Below, in pieces: positions 20,563 to 29,993 of a stretch of DNA of 64,000 nucleotides (the stretch's first letter is position 1; each line of letters begins with the position of its first letter). The notes under the pieces are model-generated. The model was not told the DNA's origin and made no database searches. It worked only from the letters and a program-made list of their open reading frames with translations. A program made the translations under genes and the position numbers. Source of the stretch: Candidatus Omnitrophota bacterium (GTDB taxonomy: Bacteria; Omnitrophota; Gorgyraeia; Gygaellales; Profunditerraquicolaceae); the NCBI GenBank assembly GCA_041653955.1, contig JBAZEH010000004.1:5191-69190 (forward strand), in the 5' to 3' direction.

Positions 20563-21648
20563 ATGCCTATTCACAAAATAACTTTAATACCGGGGGATGG
20601 GATAGGGCCGGAGGTTGCGGAAGCCGCGAGGAGATGTGTTGAGGCAACCGGTGTCAAGGTAGATTGGGATACTGTTGTCGCGGGGCAGGAGGCCATAGAT
20701 AAATACGGGAATATACTTCCCGAAGGCGTCCTTGAGTCAGTCAGGAAGAATAAGGTCGCGCTGAAAGGGCCGATAGTCACACCTATCGGAGAGGGTTTCC
20801 GTTCGGTTAATGTTGCTATAAGGCACGCCCTTGACCTGTACGCCTGCGTGAGGCCGGCAAAATCTTATCCCGGGGTAAGAAGCCCGTATAAAGATATAGA
20901 CCTTTTGATCGTGCGCGAGAACAGCGAGGACCTTTACGCCGGCATAGAATTTGAAGAAGGCAAGCCGGAAACGAAAAAACTAATATCCGAGATAGAGGCC
21001 GGGACAAAAAAGAAGATACGCCCTGATTCCGGTATTTCCATAAAACCTATATCCAGGTACGCTTCCGAGAGGATAGTGCGTTTTGCCTTTGAGTATGCCG
21101 TCAAATACGGGCGCAAGAAGGTCACGGCCGTGCATAAGGCGAATATCATGAAATTCACCGACGGGCTGTTCCTTAAGGCGGCGCGCGAGGTCGCAAAAGA
21201 ATATGCCGGCAGGATAAATTTTGAAGAAGCGATAGTGGACAATATGTGCATGCAGCTGGTGCAAAAACCGAGGAACTACGATATACTCGTGCTGCCCAAC
21301 CTTTACGGCGATATAATATCAGACCTTTGCGCGGGCCTTGTAGGAGGACTTGGCGTGGCCCCGGGAGCGAATATAGGCGATGATATGGCGGTATTTGAGG
21401 CGGTGCACGGTTCAGCCCCCAAATATAAAGGGATGAACAAAGTAAACCCGGTAGCGATGATATTATCAGGGGTGCTGATGTTAAGGCATATAAAAGAAGA
21501 TGCCGCGGCCGATAAGCTGGAAGGCGCGGTAAAGAAAATCCTCGCTGAAGGTAAATACGTAACATATGACTTGAAGGCCGACCGCGATGACCCTTCCAGC
21601 GCAGGGACGCGCGAGATGGCTGACGCTATTATAAAAGAGATAAGATGA
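20563..21648 (+). CDS. NAD-dependent isocitrate/homoisocitrate dehydrogenase (beta-decarboxylating dehydrogenase family)
   Basis: 361 aa; ALKGPIVTP...[19 protein letters not shown] resembles NAD-IDH more than LeuB. Confidence 0.8.
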   Translation: MPIHKITLIPGDGIGPEVAEAARRCVEATGVKVDWDTVVAGQEAIDKYGNILPEGVLESVRKNKVALKGPIVTPIGEGFRSVNVAIRHALDLYACVRPAKSYPGVRSPYKDIDLLIVRENSEDLYAGIEFEEGKPETKKLISEIEAGTKKKIRPDSGISIKPISRYASERIVRFAFEYAVKYGRKKVTAVHKANIMKFTDGLFLKAAREVAKEYAGRINFEEAIVDNMCMQLVQKPRNYDILVLPNLYGDIISDLCAGLVGGLGVAPGANIGDDMAVFEAVHGSAPKYKGMNKVNPVAMILSGVLMLRHIKEDAAADKLEGAVKKILAEGKYVTYDLKADRDDPSSAGTREMADAIIKEIR

Positions 21649-22580
21649 AAATATCCGTGATAGGCGCGGGAAATGTAGGCGGTTTAACCGCTATGCGGCT
21701 GGCTGAAACAGGTATCGGCGAGATACTCCTGGTGGATATAGCCAAAGGCCTTGCTCATGGCAAGGCGCTGGATATGGAGGATAGCGCTTCGGTCATGCGG
21801 TTTAACTATAGCATTCTGGGCACGGATGATATGGAGCAGGTAAAAGGCTCGGACATAACCGTCATCACCGCCGGATTAGCCCGCAAGCCCGGGATGACCA
21901 GAGAAGAGCTGCTTGTCAAGAACGCCGGTATATTAAAAGATGTGTGCCTGAAAGTCAGGGGACTCTCCCCGGATTCAATAGTGATAATAGTGACTAATCC
22001 CCTGGATATAATGACATACCTGGCTTTAAAAGTAACGGGGTTTCCTTCAAGCAGGGTTATCGGGATGGGTGTAAGCCTGGACGCGGGGAGGTTCGCTAAT
22101 CTTATCAGCCGCGAATTAAGAATGCCTTATACTGATATTGAGGCGTGCGTTATAGGCAGCCACGGAGAAGGGATGTTGCCTTTGCCGCGGCTTACTACCG
22201 TAAAAGGCGTTGAATTAAATGAGCTCCTTACCGAAGAGGCGGTAAACACCTTAACCAGGAGGACGCGGGAACGCGGCATTGAGATAGTCTCCGCGCTTGG
22301 AAGCGGAAGCGCGTATTTCGCCCCTTCACAGGCAATAGCCGCGCTCGTTAAGGCGATAGCAAAAGATACCAAATCCACTATCGGGGTATCCGCTTGCCTT
22401 AACGGAGAGTACGCCGAAAAAGATATATGTATCGGCGTGCCATGCCGCCTGGGCAGGAACGGCATAGAAAAAATAATAGAACTTGAATTGAACGAAGAAG
22501 AGAAGGCGCTTTTCGCGCAGGCAGCCGGCTCTATCCGCAAGAACTTAGAATTAATCAAACAGTTTTATCATGGATTATGA
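21645..22580 (+). CDS. mdh: malate dehydrogenase (LDH/MDH family)
   Basis: 311 aa; [13 protein letters not shown] Rossmann fold; overlaps the upstream gene by 4 nt. Confidence 0.88.
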   Translation: MKISVIGAGNVGGLTAMRLAETGIGEILLVDIAKGLAHGKALDMEDSASVMRFNYSILGTDDMEQVKGSDITVITAGLARKPGMTREELLVKNAGILKDVCLKVRGLSPDSIVIIVTNPLDIMTYLALKVTGFPSSRVIGMGVSLDAGRFANLISRELRMPYTDIEACVIGSHGEGMLPLPRLTTVKGVELNELLTEEAVNTLTRRTRERGIEIVSALGSGSAYFAPSQAIAALVKAIAKDTKSTIGVSACLNGEYAEKDICIGVPCRLGRNGIEKIIELELNEEEKALFAQAAGSIRKNLELIKQFYHGL

Positions 22581-23880
22581 CCTGGCGGTAATAGGCGCTG
22601 GCTGGGCAGGCTTTAATTCCGCGCTAAAGGCAAAGGCGCTTGGCTTAAAAGTCGCGCTGATAGAAAAGGAACAAATAGGCGGAACATGCCTTAATCGAGG
22701 ATGCATCCCCGCCAAGGCGCTTATCCAATCCTCCAGGGTTTACAATCTCGCCAAAAGATCCGGCATATTCGGCGTAAAGGCCGCTGAGCCGGAAATAGAC
22801 CTCGCGCAGATACACTCAAGAAAAAACAAAATAATAGAGCAATTACGGCAGGGTATGTCTTTTTCCCTTCGGGGGATAGACCTGTTGAGCGGGGAGGCCC
22901 GCATAACCGGCAGCAATACCTTAAGGGTCGGCGCAAAAGATATCAGCTCCAGGTTTATGCTTATAGCAACCGGCTCAAAGCCCGCGCAGCTTAAAGGGAT
23001 AAGATTTGACGCAGATAAGATCGTATCCAGCGACGATATGCTGGCATCAGAGAGCGTCCCGGGCTCCCTTTTGATCATAGGCGCGGGAGCGATCGGCTGT
23101 GAGTTCGCTAACCTGTTTGCGTCGTTCGGTTCTAAGGTCACTATTGTTGAGATGATGCCGCAGCTGCTTCCCGGCATAGATAAGGAAGCCGCCAGGAAGG
23201 CAGAGGCCGCTTTTAAAAAGAAGGGTATTGAAGTAGTAACATCTGCCGACGCTAACAGGTTTGACCTGTCACGTTACGATAAGGTGCTGCTTTCTGTGGG
23301 CCGCTCTGCTGTTACCGAGGGGCTGGGCCTGGAGCAACTCGGCATAAAAACTGAAAAAGGGATGGTTATCGTTGACGATTCGCTTAAGACCAGTATACCG
23401 AATATATACGCGGCAGGCGACTGCGCGAGCAGGATAATGCTCGCGCATTTTGCCGCTTATCAGGGTTGTATCGCCGCCGAAAATATGGCAGCAGGGCCCT
23501 CGGGAAACCTCAAAAGATCGGATGAGCGCTGCGTGCCGGCCTGTATATTTACGGAACCCGAGATAGGGGCAGTTGGGCTGACTGAGGATGAAGCAAAGGA
23601 AAGAAAAATAGATATAAATGTGAATAAATTTGATCTCCTGGGTTCCGGCATGGCCCGCATAATGGATGAGGCAAACGGCTTTATAAAAATAATATCGTTT
23701 AAAGGCACCGAAGAGGTGGCCGGCGCTTCCATAGTAGGGCCGCGGGCAGCGGAATTAATAGGGATACTTGCCGTAGCCGTGCAATCCCGCCTTAAAACCT
23801 CTCAGATAAGGGATACTATATTCGCGCATCCCACACTCTCCGAAGGGATAATTAGCGCATTAAAAGGGTATGGAGTTTGA
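22570..23880 (+). CDS. lpdA: dihydrolipoyl dehydrogenase (E3)
   Basis: 436 aa; GGTCLNRGCIPAK redox-active disulfide; FAD and NAD folds. Confidence 0.92.
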   Translation: MDYDLAVIGAGWAGFNSALKAKALGLKVALIEKEQIGGTCLNRGCIPAKALIQSSRVYNLAKRSGIFGVKAAEPEIDLAQIHSRKNKIIEQLRQGMSFSLRGIDLLSGEARITGSNTLRVGAKDISSRFMLIATGSKPAQLKGIRFDADKIVSSDDMLASESVPGSLLIIGAGAIGCEFANLFASFGSKVTIVEMMPQLLPGIDKEAARKAEAAFKKKGIEVVTSADANRFDLSRYDKVLLSVGRSAVTEGLGLEQLGIKTEKGMVIVDDSLKTSIPNIYAAGDCASRIMLAHFAAYQGCIAAENMAAGPSGNLKRSDERCVPACIFTEPEIGAVGLTEDEAKERKIDINVNKFDLLGSGMARIMDEANGFIKIISFKGTEEVAGASIVGPRAAELIGILAVAVQSRLKTSQIRDTIFAHPTLSEGIISALKGYGV

Positions 23881-24508
23881 GGTATTTGATTTAGGATTAA
23901 CGGGTTTTGAGGAAGCGCTGCGTTTCCAGAAGGAATTATTCAGCAGGGTAAAAGCGGGCGCGCTTAACGGTGCCCTGGTGCTTTGCAGCCATCATCCTGT
24001 AATCACAACAGGAAGGCGCGCGAAAGCAGGAGCTATCCTGGTTTCTGATATTGAACTGGAACGCCGCGGTATACCCGTATATCAAACTGAAAGGGGAGGG
24101 GAAGTTACTTATCATGGCCCGGGCCAGCTTACTTTATATCCGGTCATCAACCTTGGCCGGTTAAAGAAAGATATACGCTATTTTTTAAGGGAGCTGGAAG
24201 GCTCGGCGATAGATATGCTCTCTGAACTTGGCATCAAAGGGTCAAGGCGCGGCCGCCTTACCGGGGTATGGGTAGAAGGGCGCAAGGTGGCTTCAATAGG
24301 GATAGCCGTGAGGAATTGGATCACCTTTCATGGCATGAGTATAAATATAAAGAAGGACGATTTAAGCAATTTCCGGCTTATCAGGCCATGCGGTATGGAT
24401 ATACGGATGACTTCAGTTGAAACGGTTTCAGGCAGGAGCATAGATATGGCGCAGGTAGGCGCTATGCTCACGGATGGGCTCAAGAAAAGATTCTCAACGG
24501 TTAACTAA
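23870..24508 (+). CDS. lipB: octanoyltransferase LipB
   Basis: 212 aa; LipB family with the conserved Cys and RRG region. Confidence 0.85.
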   Translation: MEFEVFDLGLTGFEEALRFQKELFSRVKAGALNGALVLCSHHPVITTGRRAKAGAILVSDIELERRGIPVYQTERGGEVTYHGPGQLTLYPVINLGRLKKDIRYFLRELEGSAIDMLSELGIKGSRRGRLTGVWVEGRKVASIGIAVRNWITFHGMSINIKKDDLSNFRLIRPCGMDIRMTSVETVSGRSIDMAQVGAMLTDGLKKRFSTVN

Positions 24509-24522
24509 AGGAGGCCGCCAAT

Positions 24523-24753
24523 ATGACTAACGTAATCTTACCTGAATTGGGAGAAGGTATCATAAAAGCGACTATTTCCTACTGGTATTTCAAGGAAGGG
24601 GATAAGGTCAATGAAAAGGATGATCTAGTCGAGCTCGCTACGGATAAGGCCACATTTAACCTGCCCAGCCCCTGCGCGGGGGTCCTTTCGCAGATAGCAT
24701 TTAAAGAAGGGGATGAGGTAAATGTTGGTGAGGTGCTTGCCGCTATAGAATGA
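24523..24753 (+). CDS. standalone lipoyl-attachment domain protein (76 aa)
   Basis: ELATDKATFNLPSPCAGVL matches the E2 lipoyl-lysine (DKA) motif; no E2 catalytic domain follows. Confidence 0.75.
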   Translation: MTNVILPELGEGIIKATISYWYFKEGDKVNEKDDLVELATDKATFNLPSPCAGVLSQIAFKEGDEVNVGEVLAAIE

Positions 24754-24887
24754 CTTAGCGCAAATAAATGCTTGACAATTTTGGCAATATCGAGTTTTAT
24801 ATATTAGGGACGGATAAAATAAAAATTTGCCTGTGATATCCAGGGCGGAGAAAGGAAGCAGCTATTAAACCTAAACGTATAATCCTT

Positions 24888-25994
24888 ATGTATATCTCGG
24901 AGGTTTCGGGGCATCACAGCGCCACAATAGCGATAGAAAAGGCGCTGAAGGCGATACGCCCGGATACCGAGGTCATGAACCTTAATGCCTTCAGCTACAC
25001 CAACCCTGTATCAGAAAAGATCGTAAACCGCCTTTATATGGCGGTGATCAAGCGGACGCCTAAGGTGTGGGATTACCTTTATGATAACCCCACAGTAGCC
25101 AGAAAGCTTGAGAATATAAAAAACACCATACATAAGTTCAACTCCCCTAAATTAAAGGCCCTTTTTGACAGGTTTAAACCCGACGCGGTCATATGCACGC
25201 AGGCGTTTCCCTGCGGGATGGTCGCTGATTATAAAAAGACTTACGGGTCTAACCTTAACCTTGTGGCCGTGCTTACCGATTATATACCCCACTCTTACTG
25301 GGTTTATGATACAATCAATTATTATATTACTCCTTCCGTAGAAGTCTCGCAGCGCCTTGCAGTAAAGGGGGTCCCCGCGGATAAGATAAGAGACCTGGGA
25401 ATACCTTTTGACCCGAGGTTCAATGAACCGGTATCAAAGAAAGATACCATTGATAAGCTCGGGCTTGATGCCGGGAAGCCCGTGTTATTACTTATGGGGG
25501 GAGGGCAGGGGTTAGGCCCTATAAAGACCCTTGTAAGTTCTCTTGAAAAAACAAAGGAAGATTGCCAGGAGATCATTGTAACCGGGACAAACATTAAGCT
25601 ATACAAGTCTTTGAGCAAGAAGATAAAGAAGTGCAGGAAAAAAGTGATTCTTTATCGCTATGTCCCTAATATCAATGAGCTGATGAGTATATGCGACATA
25701 ATCATCACAAAGCCCGGAGGGGTGACTACTTCAGAGGCCCTGGCAAAAAAGATACCAATGATCATAGTAAAGCCCATACCTGGCCAGGAAGAAAGTAATA
25801 CCGCTTATCTCACCAAGGAGGGGGCTGCGATCAAGCTGGATGAGCCGGCAAATATCAATTTTATCGTAGATGACCTGCTGAAAAACAGAGATAAACTGGC
25901 GCAATTAAGGGATGCCAGCGGACGTATCGGAAAGCCCCGCGCGAGCATGGATATAGCAGAATTCCTGCTTAACTTACCCGATAATAGTGTTTAA
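24888..25994 (+). CDS. GT28-family glycosyltransferase (MGDG synthase / diacylglycerol glycosyltransferase-like); true start possibly upstream at a non-canonical codon (~24864)
   Basis: 368 aa; conserved family N-terminus (KRIIL...SGHHSA) extends upstream of the first ATG in frame. Confidence 0.8.
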   Translation: MYISEVSGHHSATIAIEKALKAIRPDTEVMNLNAFSYTNPVSEKIVNRLYMAVIKRTPKVWDYLYDNPTVARKLENIKNTIHKFNSPKLKALFDRFKPDAVICTQAFPCGMVADYKKTYGSNLNLVAVLTDYIPHSYWVYDTINYYITPSVEVSQRLAVKGVPADKIRDLGIPFDPRFNEPVSKKDTIDKLGLDAGKPVLLLMGGGQGLGPIKTLVSSLEKTKEDCQEIIVTGTNIKLYKSLSKKIKKCRKKVILYRYVPNINELMSICDIIITKPGGVTTSEALAKKIPMIIVKPIPGQEESNTAYLTKEGAAIKLDEPANINFIVDDLLKNRDKLAQLRDASGRIGKPRASMDIAEFLLNLPDNSV

Positions 25995-26847
25995 CTATAT
26001 CATTTACAGGATAGGGCAATTCCTGGCCTTATCCCTGCCATTAAAGGCGGCTTATAAAATAGCGGTTTTTGTTTCTGACGCGCGTTATCTTTTTACCCCC
26101 AGGGACCGGCGGATAGCAGCGGATAATTTACGCGCGATATTCCCCGGGAAATCCGACAGAGAGATCCGCAGGATAAGGGTAAGGGTATTCAGGAACTTCG
26201 CTAAATACCTGGTAGATTTTTTCCGCTTTTCAAAGATAGACGCAGAGTATGTAAAAAAGAATATAAAGATAGAGAATATAGGTTATATAGACGAAGCCCT
26301 CTCCCGCGGCAAAGGGGTTATTGCCGTTACGGCGCACCTCGGTAATTGGGAACTGGGAGGGGTCGTGACAGCGTTATCAGGTTATCCTTTATGGGCTGTT
26401 GCCCAGCCGCATAAAAGCAGGAAGGTAGACGCCTTCTTTAACTCCCAGAGAGAGGGCAAGGGTGTAAGGGTAATACCTCTGGGGAATGCCGTCAGGCAGT
26501 CTATCGCCGTCTTAAGGGAGAATAAAGTCCTCGCGCTTGTGGGGGACAGGGATTTTAGCGGAAAAGGAGTGCTCCTTGATTTTTTCGGCAAACCTACATT
26601 ATTCCCCCAGGGACCGGCGGCGCTGGCGATAAAGACCAAAGCGGCAATCATCCCGGGATTCATGCTTAGGAATGAAGACGATAGTTTTACGTTGAGGTTT
26701 GAAAAACCTGTTTATTTTGAGCCTTCGGGGAATAAGGATAATGATATAGCCGAACTTACATCGCGTTTTAAGGATAAGTTTGAGGAATATATCAGGAAAT
26801 ACCCCCAGCAATGGTACGTTTTCAGGAGGTTTTGGAAAGACAAATGA
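25987..26847 (+). CDS. lysophospholipid/lipid A-type acyltransferase (LpxL/HtrB-like)
   Basis: 286 aa; HLGNWE catalytic motif. Confidence 0.8.
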   Translation: MFNYIIYRIGQFLALSLPLKAAYKIAVFVSDARYLFTPRDRRIAADNLRAIFPGKSDREIRRIRVRVFRNFAKYLVDFFRFSKIDAEYVKKNIKIENIGYIDEALSRGKGVIAVTAHLGNWELGGVVTALSGYPLWAVAQPHKSRKVDAFFNSQREGKGVRVIPLGNAVRQSIAVLRENKVLALVGDRDFSGKGVLLDFFGKPTLFPQGPAALAIKTKAAIIPGFMLRNEDDSFTLRFEKPVYFEPSGNKDNDIAELTSRFKDKFEEYIRKYPQQWYVFRRFWKDK

Positions 26848-27518
26848 AGATCTGCGTGATCATACCAACTTATAATGAAGCCGGGGCAATCGCCGGCATA
26901 ATCAACAAGGTCAGGCAGCAGGAGCTGGACGCGGTCGTAATAGACGACGGTTCCCGCGATATGACCTCGCAGATCGCCCGCGATAATGGCGCGATAGTGC
27001 TGCGTAATAATAAAAATGAGGGGAAAGGCGCTTCCCTGATAAAGGGCTTTAATTACGCCTTGAATAGCGCGGACTGCGATGCCGTTATCACAATGGACGG
27101 GGACGGCCAGCACCTGCCCGAAGAGATACCGTATTTTACCAGGGTAGCCAAATATTCCAATAGCGGTATTATCATAGGCAACAGGATGTTAAAGAAGAGC
27201 AATATGCCTTCAGTGCGCGTTATCACAAATAAATTCATGTCCTGGCTGATATCCCTGATAGCAAAACAGAATATTCCGGATACCCAATGCGGATTTCGCC
27301 TCATCAAAAAAGAGGTGCTTGAAAAGATAACCCTTAATACCTCCAAATACGAAAGCGAATCGGAGATATTGATAAAGGCATCGCGCATGGGGTATAAGAT
27401 AGAATCAGTCCCCATTAAAACTATCTATAACGGGGAGAAAAGCCAGATCAACCCTTTCATAGACACCTTGAGGTTCGTAAGGTTTATAAGCAAAGAATTG
27501 TGGAGTACGCGAAGCTAA
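26844..27518 (+). CDS. family 2 glycosyltransferase (polyprenol-phosphate sugar transferase-like); start at MKICVIIPTYNE
   Basis: IIPTYNE and DDGSRD GT2 motifs; ATGA overlap with the upstream gene. Confidence 0.82.
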   Translation: MKICVIIPTYNEAGAIAGIINKVRQQELDAVVIDDGSRDMTSQIARDNGAIVLRNNKNEGKGASLIKGFNYALNSADCDAVITMDGDGQHLPEEIPYFTRVAKYSNSGIIIGNRMLKKSNMPSVRVITNKFMSWLISLIAKQNIPDTQCGFRLIKKEVLEKITLNTSKYESESEILIKASRMGYKIESVPIKTIYNGEKSQINPFIDTLRFVRFISKELWSTRS

Positions 27519-27526
27519 AGAAGCGT

Positions 27527-28174
27527 ATGGTAGAAGAGCAGCTGTTGCCGCGCGGGATAAGCGACCCCGGGGTAATAGATGCTTTCTATAAAATAGAGCG
27601 CCACCTGTTCGTACCGGAGAAGGGGAGGGTGAGCGCTTACGCTGATTTTCCTGTTCCTATCGGGGAAGGGCAGACAATATCACAGCCCTATATCGCAGCT
27701 TTAATGACCGAATCTCTGGGATTAACAGGCAAGGAGAAGGTCCTTGAAGTAGGCACAGGCTCCGGATACCAGACGGCTATATTAGCGGAGCTGGCAGGAG
27801 AGATATACAGTATAGAGAGGATCAGGCAGTTAGCTGAAAAAGCAGGCAAGACCCTTGCCGGGCTTGGGTATAAGAATATAAAAATAAAAAATGATGACGG
27901 GGCGCTGGGCTGGAAAGAGGCCGCGCCATTTGACAGGATAATTATAACCGCGGCAACCCCCAGGATACCCGCGCCGCTTATTGAACAGTTGGCTGATAAC
28001 GGAAAGCTGATATTGCCTCTGGGGGAGAGTTTCAGCCAGGTTTTGACATTAGTAGAGAAGAAGGAAGGAAAGCTGGAGCATAAAAATATCTGCGGCTGCG
28101 TCTTCGTCCCCCTAATATCTAATAGGGACACCCCTTCTGCCAAAGCTAAGGGTGTCCCCAGAGATGAGAAATGA
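27527..28174 (+). CDS. pcm: protein-L-isoaspartate O-methyltransferase (alternative GTG start at 27500)
   Basis: VLEVGTGSGYQTA SAM-binding motif. Confidence 0.88.
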   Translation: MVEEQLLPRGISDPGVIDAFYKIERHLFVPEKGRVSAYADFPVPIGEGQTISQPYIAALMTESLGLTGKEKVLEVGTGSGYQTAILAELAGEIYSIERIRQLAEKAGKTLAGLGYKNIKIKNDDGALGWKEAAPFDRIIITAATPRIPAPLIEQLADNGKLILPLGESFSQVLTLVEKKEGKLEHKNICGCVFVPLISNRDTPSAKAKGVPRDEK

Positions 28175-28668
28175 GCGATTTAATAATAAACTGGTTAAAT
28201 GGTGTTCCTAAAGAATATGTAGTCTTGCTTTTAGGGGCGCTGCCTATATCGGAATTAAGAGGCGCCATACCACTCGCCCTTTCATTCGGGTTTCCGCTGT
28301 ATAAGGCTTACTGGTTATCTGTCGCCGGTAATCTTATCCCGGTTATCCCGTTGCTTTTTTTGCTTGAGCCCGTATCCAGCAGGTTAAGAAAATTCAAGGT
28401 ATGGTCGCGTTTCTTTGACTGGCTCTTTGAGCGGACAAAGCGCAAGGCAGAAACAGTGCAAAAATATGAAGCATTAGGCCTGGCTTTATTTGTTGCTATA
28501 CCCCTTCCGGTAACAGGGGCATGGACCGGCATAGTAGCGGCATCTTTATTCAAGATAAGGTTCAGGTACGCGTTTATCGCCATAGTATGCGGGGTTTTGA
28601 CAGCAGGGTTGATAGTCTCTGCGCTATGCGCGCTGGGGATGATAAGCTGGAGGGCTATATCCCAATGA
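28171..28668 (+). CDS. small polytopic membrane protein (COG2426-like, putative small export protein)
   Basis: 165 aa with four hydrophobic segments; call from family resemblance only. Confidence 0.5.
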   Translation: MSDLIINWLNGVPKEYVVLLLGALPISELRGAIPLALSFGFPLYKAYWLSVAGNLIPVIPLLFLLEPVSSRLRKFKVWSRFFDWLFERTKRKAETVQKYEALGLALFVAIPLPVTGAWTGIVAASLFKIRFRYAFIAIVCGVLTAGLIVSALCALGMISWRAISQ

Positions 28669-29168
28669 TACACGTATATACCGGTAACGGCAAAGGAAAG
28701 ACTACCGCGGCGCTTGGAATGGCATTAAGAGCCGCGGGGGCGGGGCTTAAGGTATATATCTGTCAGTTCGCTAAAGGGAGGAGCTACAGCGAGCTACGCT
28801 CATTAAAAAAACTCAAGAATATAAAGATAGAGCAGTTTGGAACCACCTGTTTTATCAGGAGAAAAGCAGGCAGGAAAGATATAAAATTAGCGCAAGATGG
28901 ATTAAGGCATGCAGAAAAAGCGATACGCGGCGGGAAATATGATATGATAGTATTGGATGAGATCAATATCGCCCTGCATCTTGGCCTCTTGGTAAAAAAA
29001 GATATCCTGGGGGCCATGAAAGCGGCCCCGGCAAGAATAGAATTGGTGCTTACCGGGCGCTACGCGCATCCTGAAGTCATCAAAGCCGCTGACCTGGCGA
29101 GTGAAATAAAAGAACTGAAGCATTATTATAAAAAAGGCGTAAAAGCGAGAAGAGGGATAGAGTTTTAA
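28665..29168 (+). CDS. cobO: cob(I)yrinic acid a,c-diamide (corrinoid) adenosyltransferase CobO/BtuR type; start at MIHVYTGNGKGKTTAA
   Basis: P-loop GNGKGKTTAA with CobO-family conservation; ATGA overlap with the upstream gene. Confidence 0.85.
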   Translation: MIHVYTGNGKGKTTAALGMALRAAGAGLKVYICQFAKGRSYSELRSLKKLKNIKIEQFGTTCFIRRKAGRKDIKLAQDGLRHAEKAIRGGKYDMIVLDEINIALHLGLLVKKDILGAMKAAPARIELVLTGRYAHPEVIKAADLASEIKELKHYYKKGVKARRGIEF

Positions 29169-29176
29169 AATTTCAC

Positions 29177-29211
29177 TTGACATAAAAACCGCTTTGAATT
29201 ATTATACAAGC
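29177..29211 (+). promoter_or_regulatory. sigma70-like promoter (TTGACA, 17 nt, TATTAT) for the downstream membrane-protein gene
   Basis: ttgacataaaaaccgctttgaattattat read directly. Confidence 0.6.
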
Positions 29212-29223
29212 AAACGGAGGTAG

Positions 29224-29733
29224 TTGATGCTCGCGATATTTTTGATCATAGCAGGAATACTATTAAGAGTTGCGCCGCATTCCCCTAATTTTACTCCCGT
29301 CGCTGCAATAGCGCTTTTTGGCGGCTGCTACCTTAGAAAAAAATACGCCCTTATCGTGCCTCTGGCGTTAATGATCGTCAGCGACCTGGCGATAGGCCTG
29401 CATGACGTATTTATCTTTACCTGGGGCGGTTTTCTCCTGGTCAGCATGATCGGCCTTTGGTTAAAAAACCATAAAGGCGTATCCACAACTGTATCCGCAT
29501 CATTAGTTTCTTCCGTCATATTTTATATAGTATCTAATTTCGGAGTATGGCTCATGGGTTATTATCCGCGTAACCCCGCGGGGCTCATCAGCTGTTATGC
29601 AATGGCCCTGCCGTTTTTACGCGCCTTTACATTTTCAACATTGTTTTACACAGCGGTATTTTTCGGCATATACGAATTGACCGCTTATTTTGTCAAAGAT
29701 ACAAAGTTATCCAAAGTTCTTTTAACGAATTAA
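29224..29733 (+). CDS. small five-TM membrane protein of unknown function (possibly an ECF-S/DUF6580-like substrate-binding component) inside the B12 locus
   Basis: 169 aa, highly hydrophobic; own promoter; location between cobO and the riboswitch/btuB. Confidence 0.4.
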   Translation: MMLAIFLIIAGILLRVAPHSPNFTPVAAIALFGGCYLRKKYALIVPLALMIVSDLAIGLHDVFIFTWGGFLLVSMIGLWLKNHKGVSTTVSASLVSSVIFYIVSNFGVWLMGYYPRNPAGLISCYAMALPFLRAFTFSTLFYTAVFFGIYELTAYFVKDTKLSKVLLTN

Positions 29734-29742
29734 CAGTTATAT

Positions 29743-29885
29743 AGGATAGGGAAGGCCGTAAAAGCGGCCGCAGTCCCGCTGCTGTATAAGGGTACGAAAG
29801 CCCCAAGGGCCACTGGCAAAGATGCTGGGAAGGTCGGGCGAGTAGGATGATCCTTGAGCCAGAAGACCTGCCTATATAGAGGTAC
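29743..29885 (+). promoter_or_regulatory. cobalamin (AdoCbl) riboswitch aptamer
   Basis: GGGAAGGCCGTAAAAGCGGCCGCAGTCCCGCTGCTGT core, B12 box GCCACTG at 29809-29815, 3' GAGCCAGAAGACCTGCC, upstream of a TonB-dependent receptor gene. Confidence 0.85.
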
Positions 29886-29923
29886 GTGCCTCGCGGACAA
29901 GGGCGAAGATGAAATCAGGGTGC

Positions 29924-29970
29924 AGCCCCGAAAAAACAAAAATTATTTTTGTTTTTTTCGGGGTTTTTTA
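29924..29970 (+). terminator. intrinsic terminator serving as the riboswitch expression platform
   Basis: ccccgaaaaaacaaaa...ttttgtttttttcgggg stem followed by TTTTTT, 24 nt before the btuB-like ATG. Confidence 0.8.
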
Positions 29971-29993
29971 TTGTCCGGGAAAGGAAAGAAGCA

